Positions 54,311 to 54,312 of a stretch of 54,312 nt of DNA are shown one piece after another. The position numbers and the translations under genes are program-made. The notes beneath the pieces were generated by a model. That model did not search any database. It was not told the DNA's origin and saw nothing but the letters and a program-made list of their open reading frames with translations. Source of the DNA: a virus (taxonomy: Duplodnaviria > Caudoviricetes); IMG/VR virus record IMGVR_UViG_3300020474_000020, positions 1 to 54,312 of that record; one strand, written 5' to 3'. Every line of letters starts with the position of its first letter. The stretch's first letter is position 1.

Positions 54311-54312
54311 GA

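Noticed and set aside
1-54312. CRISPR array, tRNA/rRNA, diversity-generating retroelement, integrase or transposase
   Set aside because: No regularly spaced direct repeats, cloverleaf, reverse transcriptase, TR/VR pair or recombinase seen by eye; a covariance-model scan was not possible
1-54312. Stop-codon reassignment
   Set aside because: Genes up to 9.9 kb are open in the standard code, and TAA, TAG and TGA all end tightly packed genes

Overview
The window is the morphogenesis (late) region of a large tailed dsDNA phage (Caudoviricetes), probably siphovirus-like because no tail sheath gene is seen, using the standard genetic code. About 51 kb of tightly packed minus-strand genes run right to left. 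First come a sigma-factor-like gene, a candidate terminase small subunit, a glycosylation block (putative glycosyltransferase, GT6/ABO-family transferase, GDP-mannose 4,6-dehydratase), HNH and ERCC4 nucleases and a ClpP-like protease. Next are terminase large subunit, portal, protease/scaffold, capsid decoration protein and major capsid protein. Then about 27 kb of fibre/adhesin-like genes, including 3310-aa and 2660-aa proteins with poly-Thr mucin-like linkers, FG-GAP-like propeller repeats and a cupredoxin-like Cu motif. Last are head-tail joining genes, tail tube, two paralogous chaperone-like genes and the start of the tape measure protein. Right of ~51.9 kb is an early-type region of tiny ORFs with a near-consensus sigma70 promoter. 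The best candidate for an undescribed system is phage-encoded virion glycosylation: glycan enzymes co-expressed with giant Thr-rich and Ser-Gly-rich virion proteins, under a putative GTGTAT late promoter read by a phage sigma factor. All calls are from motif recognition by eye; no searches were run.
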